The translations under genes and the position numbers were made by a program. The notes under the pieces are model-generated. The model was given only the letters and a program-made list of their open reading frames with translations. It did no database searches and was not told where the DNA came from. A DNA stretch of 64,000 nt from an uncultured virus (IMG/VR IMGVR_UViG_3300037466_002408) (Duplodnaviria > Heunggongvirae > Uroviricota > Caudoviricetes), in the IMG/VR virus record IMGVR_UViG_3300037466_002408, one strand, 5' to 3'. Below are positions 58,842 through 64,000 of the stretch, one piece after another. Positions within the stretch are counted from its first letter, which is position 1, and each line of letters begins with the position of its first letter.

Positions 58842-58994
58842 GGTAAGGTAGCCTTAAGTGGCGAAGGGTGGCGGCAGCTACTATGTAACCACATCGGAAG
58901 TAGGGAGCTTGGGCGATTCTAGACTAACCCACGGCCCGAAGAGGTATCTCGGTAATCCCGAGAAATAGTGCAAGTTCGAACCTTGCCCTTACCA
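58842..58994 (+). ncRNA. 153-nt tRNA-like RNA with a large insertion replacing the anticodon arm
   Basis: Acceptor GGTAAGG/CCTTACC+A; TA then D-like arm; T-arm GCAAG-TTCGAAC-CTTGC; about 100 nt in between. Confidence 0.7.
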
Positions 58995-58997
58995 CTA

Positions 58998-59498
58998 ATG
59001 GAAAAGGCAATGCAGTATAAAACAAGAAATCCAAGATTCTATTATGTGTCTGACGAATACGCCGTCGGTTTGCTTGTCGAATTTTATGTTCGTCACGGGC
59101 GATTTCCTGCTCTAAGTTTCAAGGATGGCTGTAAATGGCGAGAAGAGGATCGGCAACTTTGTATTGAGTTGAAAATCCCAAGTATTGTTAACTACATCAA
59201 ATATCTTGGCTCATACAATACAGCCTGTAAGATGGCGGCAGACAAACTTGGCATTGAGTTTTCGCCGCATAAAAGAGGCACAAAACAAGGTGATACATTT
59301 TACTCAGAAGAATATCTAATTGAATTGTGGAGATTTATCAAACAAGAAACTGGGGATTTCCCTCGTTTAAGCGGTGGCAAAAAAGGCGAAGGTAGCCGCA
59401 AATGGCATTTCAGATTCAGTAAATATCCTTTGCCTAATCCAAACACTATCTACAAACGTTACGGAAGTTACACGAAATTTCTTGAGAGGGTTGAATGA
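58998..59498 (+). CDS. homing-endonuclease-associated repeat protein
   Basis: Two repeats: F...GRFP...IPS..YIKYLGSY and F...GDFP...LPN..IYKRYGSY. Confidence 0.65.
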   Translation: MEKAMQYKTRNPRFYYVSDEYAVGLLVEFYVRHGRFPALSFKDGCKWREEDRQLCIELKIPSIVNYIKYLGSYNTACKMAADKLGIEFSPHKRGTKQGDTFYSEEYLIELWRFIKQETGDFPRLSGGKKGEGSRKWHFRFSKYPLPNPNTIYKRYGSYTKFLERVE

Positions 59499-59674
59499 GT
59501 GGCTAATTTTTTACTGTTTGCGTATGATTCTTGTTATCCGATTGGTGGAATTCATGATCTTCGCAGTGTTCATAATTCATATTCTGCCGCTGTTGAGGTA
59601 GCGAAAACCCTTACTAACGATTGGGTTGAAATTGTGGATACAGCAACGCTTGAAACTGTTTGGAGTAATGGTTA

Positions 59675-60088
59675 ATGAAAGATATTTTAATCAAACAACT
59701 CGTTAAGAATTATAAGCTTGGTGGTCGTCGGTATACAGATGTGGGTGATTTACGCCAAATCGGCAAGACGACAGCACTCATTGATATTGCTTCTCAACTC
59801 AAGCAAATCAGCAACATGAGTGCAGCGTCCCTGCTTCTTAATCTCACTGAAAATACGCCAGTTGTTGTTGTTCACAATGAGCAGACCAGGGCCAGGCTTC
59901 GCCGGGAAAACCCGCTAATTGAATTTGCAACACTTGTTACGCTAGGTAATTTTATTGGTTGCCCTAATCTCATTCTGCTTGTTGACGAGGGCGTTCCCAA
60001 GAATGAATTAGATACCAATATTGTAGCATTCAATTTAAGTCCACGCTTTGTTTTTGGCTGGAAGGCTTCACACGAGAGGGATAAGTAA
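59675..60088 (+). CDS. small P-loop-like protein
   Basis: RQIGKTT and LLVDE. Confidence 0.5.
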   Translation: MKDILIKQLVKNYKLGGRRYTDVGDLRQIGKTTALIDIASQLKQISNMSAASLLLNLTENTPVVVVHNEQTRARLRRENPLIEFATLVTLGNFIGCPNLILLVDEGVPKNELDTNIVAFNLSPRFVFGWKASHERDK

Positions 60089-60459
60089 TGGCAGTTATTG
60101 CTGAGGATATGTTAACCAAGTTTCCCTTGGACAAGACTAATATTTCAGAATTCACCACAAAGGTTGTTGGGCTAACCTTCCGAGATCCAAAGCATGTTGA
60201 TGCTGTTGAGACTGGCGATGTGATGTACATTCAGGCGGAAATCGGCAACGAACACGACGCCACAGCCTGTATGGTAATTCACAATGAGACAGGCAATCAT
60301 GTTGGTTATCTCTCCAAGGATTTCTCAAAGATTGTTTGGAACAACATCATGACCAGAGGCGACCTTTATATCGCCAAGGCAGAAGTAACTGGCGGCACCG
60401 AGGACAAGCAAAAGGGAATTAACTTGCTCGTCAAACACCTACGACTAAAGGATAGTTAA
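60088..60459 (+). CDS. HIRAN domain protein
   Basis: KVVGLTFR, E.GNEHDATACMV, HVGYL. Confidence 0.8.
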   Translation: MAVIAEDMLTKFPLDKTNISEFTTKVVGLTFRDPKHVDAVETGDVMYIQAEIGNEHDATACMVIHNETGNHVGYLSKDFSKIVWNNIMTRGDLYIAKAEVTGGTEDKQKGINLLVKHLRLKDS

Positions 60460-60786
60460 ATGGTAGACCCTAATGAAATCGTAACAATTCCTGTTGATGG
60501 GTTTTACCAAGATGTATCGCATAAACAATTCCTAGCAGATGAGTTGGATTTTGATGGCACTTTTGACAATTACCTTGAGTACAGTCATTTTATGGTCAGC
60601 TTGGGACGAGCTTACCCAGAAGGAATCCCCTTTGAATACTTCTACCAAAAGTTGAATCGGTATCGCGGCGATAAAATCGTACAAAGCTTGCTCGACAAAG
60701 GTTTGATTGAAGCCAAGAGTGTTAACGAAGATGGCGACACTGTTTTCGGCCTAACAGACTTCGGAAAACTCCACGTCGGTAGCTAA
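60460..60786 (+). CDS. hypothetical protein
   Basis: 108 aa; wHTH-like C-terminus LLDKGLIE..FGLTDFG. Confidence 0.5.
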   Translation: MVDPNEIVTIPVDGFYQDVSHKQFLADELDFDGTFDNYLEYSHFMVSLGRAYPEGIPFEYFYQKLNRYRGDKIVQSLLDKGLIEAKSVNEDGDTVFGLTDFGKLHVGS

Positions 60787-60859
60787 CTTAAAATACCTAA
60801 TACGCACTCATTTCGGTGAGTGCTTTTCTTTCCCCGTAATTCCTGTTAGAGAGGCTAAA

Positions 60860-62821
60860 ATGGCTAGGGACTTCAAACTTTCAGATGTATTTATCGCCGG
60901 TTATGTCGCCAAGAAGGCTCCGTTTGGTTTCAACGGCCTTGGTGAGCTAACTTATTTCCGCACCTATTCCCGTAAGAAGGATGACGACACTAACGAGCAA
61001 TGGTATGAAACCGTTCGGCGTGTTGTCGAAGGTTGTTATTCAATGCAGAAGCGTTGGATTGTCGAGAATGGTCTTGGTTGGGACCAGCGCAAGGCTCAAA
61101 AGTCAGCGCAAGAAATGTACGACCGAATCTTCAATATGAAGTTTCTTCCTCCTGGTCGCGGCCTGTGGGCTATGGGCACGGCCGTTGTTGAGGAAAAGGG
61201 TCTTTATGCTGCCCTTAACAACTGTGCTTTCGTCAGCACGAAGAACATCAAGGATGATGGTGCCAAACCTTTCACCTTCCTTATGGATATGTCCATGCTA
61301 GGTGTTGGCGTTGGTTTTGATACCAAGGGTGCTGGCAAGATTGTTGTGCAGGCTCCTACTGGAACTCATGAATTTGAGATTCCCGACACCCGAGAGGGTT
61401 GGGTTGAGGCGACTGGCCTTCTAATTGAGGCGTATCTTTTCGGCAAATCTAAGCCGGAAATGAATTATGACCTTATTCGTCTAGAGGGTGAGCCTATCAA
61501 GGGCTTTGGTGGTGTCTCGTCTGGTCCTGAGCCTCTAAAGGAGCTACACCGCAAGATTGAAGAAATCTTTGAGGCGCAAATCGGTCAACCTATTTCCGTA
61601 ACCACAATTGTCGATATTATGAATCTTATTGGCAAGGCTGTTGTTGCTGGTAATGTTCGCCGTACTGCTGAAATTGTTTTCGGTGATCCTAATAGCGACG
61701 AGTATCTTGATCTAAAGAACTACAAGGTCAACCCTCAGCGAGAGGAATTCGGTTGGACCTCTAACAACTCCGTGTATGCAAATCTTGGCATGGATTACAC
61801 CAAGATTGCTGAGCGTATCAAGATTAATGGTGAGCCTGGTTTGGCTTGGCTTCAGAACATGAAGTCTAACAGCCGCATGGGTGACGAAGCTGATTTCAAG
61901 GACGTTCGTGTTGAGGGCGGAAACCCTTGTCTTGAGCAGAGTCTAGAGCCCTATGAGCTTTGCTGCTTGGTTGAGACTTTCCCTGACAACCATGAGAATT
62001 TTGAGGACTACCAACGCACCCTCAAGTTTGCGTACCTCTATGCTAAGACGGTGACTTTGGGCAAGACTCACTGGCCCGAGACTAACCGTGTTATGCTGCG
62101 AAATCGCCGCATTGGAACCTCTCAGTCTGGTATTGCCCAATTCATTGCTAAGCGTGGCATTAGCGAATACATTCATTGGTGTGAGGACGGTTACAACACT
62201 ATTCAGTATTACGACAAGGTGTATTCTGATTGGTTTGCTGTTCCTCTTTCAATCAAAACAACCTCAATCAAGCCTTCTGGCACCGTTAGCCTTCTAGCTG
62301 GCGCTACCCCTGGTATGCATTTCCCTGAGTCGGATTTCTACATTCGCCGCATTCGCCTTGCCAAGAATTCGCCGCTACTAAAGCCCCTGCTTGACGCTGG
62401 TTATCATGTTGAGCCCGCATTCGGTTCAGAGGATTCAACTGTTGTTGTTGAGATTCCTGTTGCTATTGGTGACGGTGTTCGTACAGTTGCTCAAGTCTCA
62501 ATGTGGGAGCAATTGTCTCTCGCTGCATTGATTCAAAAGCATTGGGCTGACAATCAGGTTTCTTGCACTGTGACCTTTGACCCCAAGACCGAAGGTGATC
62601 AGATTGCTCACGCGCTGAACTACTTCCAGTACCAGCTAAAGGGTGTCAGTTTCCTCCCTCGTCTAGAGAAGGGTGCTTATCGTCAGATGCCTTACGAGGC
62701 CATTGATGATGCTACCTACTACGCTATGATGATGAAGCTGAAGCCGCTGGACTTCCAGGCTGTGATGGGTCAAGAGAACGAGCCCGAACGCGGTTGCAAC
62801 AACGACTCTTGCGCTCTATAG
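60860..62821 (+). CDS. nrdJ: class II (adenosylcobalamin-dependent) monomeric ribonucleotide reductase
   Basis: RTYSR, LPPGRGLW, LNNC, GNVRRTAE, NPCLEQ, ELCCL, TSIKPSGTVS, C-terminal CNNDSC. Confidence 0.93.
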   Translation: MARDFKLSDVFIAGYVAKKAPFGFNGLGELTYFRTYSRKKDDDTNEQWYETVRRVVEGCYSMQKRWIVENGLGWDQRKAQKSAQEMYDRIFNMKFLPPGRGLWAMGTAVVEEKGLYAALNNCAFVSTKNIKDDGAKPFTFLMDMSMLGVGVGFDTKGAGKIVVQAPTGTHEFEIPDTREGWVEATGLLIEAYLFGKSKPEMNYDLIRLEGEPIKGFGGVSSGPEPLKELHRKIEEIFEAQIGQPISVTTIVDIMNLIGKAVVAGNVRRTAEIVFGDPNSDEYLDLKNYKVNPQREEFGWTSNNSVYANLGMDYTKIAERIKINGEPGLAWLQNMKSNSRMGDEADFKDVRVEGGNPCLEQSLEPYELCCLVETFPDNHENFEDYQRTLKFAYLYAKTVTLGKTHWPETNRVMLRNRRIGTSQSGIAQFIAKRGISEYIHWCEDGYNTIQYYDKVYSDWFAVPLSIKTTSIKPSGTVSLLAGATPGMHFPESDFYIRRIRLAKNSPLLKPLLDAGYHVEPAFGSEDSTVVVEIPVAIGDGVRTVAQVSMWEQLSLAALIQKHWADNQVSCTVTFDPKTEGDQIAHALNYFQYQLKGVSFLPRLEKGAYRQMPYEAIDDATYYAMMMKLKPLDFQAVMGQENEPERGCNNDSCAL

Positions 62822-62828
62822 GTGAAAT

Positions 62829-63101
62829 ATGAAGTTAGTTGATTTTTATGCAACTTGGTGCCCGTATTGTATGGAGTTGATGCCAGAGATTGATGCTCTG
62901 GCTCACGCCAACCCGCGCAAGGTTGAAGTTCAAAAGATTAACGTTGGTAGTAGAGAAACTGCCAAGGCTTATAAGCAAGTTATGAATTTGAATTGTCTTC
63001 CAACTGTCATCCTTTACGACGAAGACGACGAAGAGATTGACCGCTGGGATGCCGATATGGAAATGTCGTTCCAAGCTTTCATTGACGGATACGTAAAGTA
63101 G
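62829..63101 (+). CDS. thioredoxin
   Basis: LVDFYATWCPYC, LPT. Confidence 0.85.
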   Translation: MKLVDFYATWCPYCMELMPEIDALAHANPRKVEVQKINVGSRETAKAYKQVMNLNCLPTVILYDEDDEEIDRWDADMEMSFQAFIDGYVK

Positions 63102-63106
63102 ACACT

Positions 63107-63132
63107 GAGCCCCTTCGGGGGCTCTTTTTTTT
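63107..63132 (+). terminator. intrinsic terminator
   Basis: GAGCCCC-TTCG-GGGGCTC followed by a T run. Confidence 0.85.
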
Positions 63133-63167
63133 GCCCCAAAACGTTACAAAGCGTTACAAACTCTCGC

Positions 63168-63196
63168 TTGGCCGGGACTCTTCGTTTGGCTACTAT
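63168..63196 (+). promoter_or_regulatory. sigma70-type promoter with GACTCT box
   Basis: TTGGCC-gggactcttcgtttggc-TACTAT; tandem CGTTACAAA repeats upstream. Confidence 0.7.
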
Positions 63197-63218
63197 AGAT
63201 ACAGAAAGAGAGGGCGAA

Positions 63219-63401
63219 ATGCTTACGTTTCTGACGGTCATGGGTATTGGCTTGGTTGTTTTTGCTTTAGCTGTTCTATTTGGTTTTTTGGTAGAAAAAA
63301 CTAACGGATTTATTTTATTTACTCTAATTGTGCTTATGGCTATCTTTGCATTTGGTATTGCCGGATACTCTCTTGTGTTCGGTCATGCGCCTCAATTTTA
63401 G
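63219..63401 (+). CDS. small two-TM membrane protein
   Basis: GAGGG RBS; two hydrophobic segments. Confidence 0.55.
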   Translation: MLTFLTVMGIGLVVFALAVLFGFLVEKTNGFILFTLIVLMAIFAFGIAGYSLVFGHAPQF

Positions 63402-63409
63402 GAGAGAAG

Positions 63410-63571
63410 ATGTTTAAAATCGGTGATTACGTTTATATCACTACCGACAACAAAAATGGTCGAGTGAGTGGTATTTCCGCCAACTTTAAAACTGGCGAAA
63501 CCAATTACGAAGTTAATATTGGCGAAGGTACGTTTTTGTATTCAGAGAAGGAATTGAAGAGTGTCGTTTGA
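63410..63571 (+). CDS. small SH3/KOW-like hypothetical protein (not in ORF track)
   Basis: Hand translation MFKIGDYVYITTDNKNGRVSGI...YSEKELKSVV; AGGAG RBS. Confidence 0.55.
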   Translation: MFKIGDYVYITTDNKNGRVSGISANFKTGETNYEVNIGEGTFLYSEKELKSVV

Positions 63572-64000
63572 AGTTGGCAATAACGTTCGTCTTTATAGCG
63601 TGGAATTTCCAGAACTAAATATGGTTGATGGTGTGGTCAAAGAAGTGGTGGATAACGATGCCTCTGGTTGGTCAAACCCTTATCTAGTTCATGATCACGA
63701 CGGTAATTATCTTGGTTATTTTGAATATTGGGATATGACTGAATCGCCGGAGCTAACCGTCGAGCTAGTCCGCGAAAATGCCAAGGTGCCAACTTACGGT
63801 GACGGCTATGCTGCCGGAATGGATATTTACGCCACCGAGTCTTTCACCATTCCCCCTCGTTCCAAGGTGAACGTCCCGAGTGGTATCAAGTGTGTAATTC
63901 CCAATGGTCACTATCTAATCATTCAGTCTCGTTCTGGTACTGCCTGGAAGAATGCAATCGAGGCGAGCAATGCTGGTGTTATCGACCAGAATTACCGCAA
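63561..64000 (+). CDS. dut: trimeric dUTPase (truncated by window end)
   Basis: Hand translation shows AAGMD, SRSG and GVIDQNYR motifs. Confidence 0.88.
   Translation, partial: MSFEVGNNVRLYSVEFPELNMVDGVVKEVVDNDASGWSNPYLVHDHDGNYLGYFEYWDMTESPELTVELVRENAKVPTYGDGYAAGMDIYATESFTIPPRSKVNVPSGIKCVIPNGHYLIIQSRSGTAWKNAIEASNAGVIDQNYR

Noticed and set aside
58968..58997. ORF-track start at 58968
   Set aside because: Overlaps the T-arm and acceptor of the tRNA-like RNA; ATG at 58998 or 59010 is more plausible
1..64000. Stop-codon reassignment suggested by CTA/TAG in the tRNA-like loops
   Set aside because: Genes are full length under the standard code, and TAG, TGA and TAA all end genes at sensible boundaries

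Overview
64 kb of a tailed dsDNA bacteriophage with a contractile tail (myovirus-like); no host chromosomal DNA is evident. Layout: (1) 1-8.4 kb, small mostly minus-strand accessory genes and a structured non-coding gap at 6.75-7.2 kb; (2) 8.5-36.4 kb, plus-strand virion and lysis genes (protease/scaffold, major capsid, collagen-containing fibres, neck, sheath, three paralogous tube proteins, frameshifting chaperone, tape measure, baseplate, fibres, amidase, holin-like genes); (3) 36.5-51.5 kb, a minus-strand block mixing glycosyltransferases, a methyltransferase, a nucleotidyltransferase, an RNA ligase, portal, terminase, RecA, DHFR and ThyA; (4) 51.7-64 kb, plus-strand DNA-metabolism genes (metallophosphoesterase, Cas4-like nuclease, PhoH, RuvC, HIRAN, class II RNR, thioredoxin, dUTPase) and a tRNA cluster. 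The most unusual signals are: two tRNA-shaped RNAs whose anticodon arms are replaced by elements sharing GGCAGCTA (one is 153 nt); a tRNA-Thr with a class II body; extreme CTA-leucine bias in the capsid gene; a stand-alone, apparently inactive Hint (intein-fold) gene between TerS and TerL; a conserved GACTCT box inside about 8 sigma70-type promoters; and two related GATC/CATG tracts near strand-switch points. All calls come from motif recognition and hand reading; no database searches were run.
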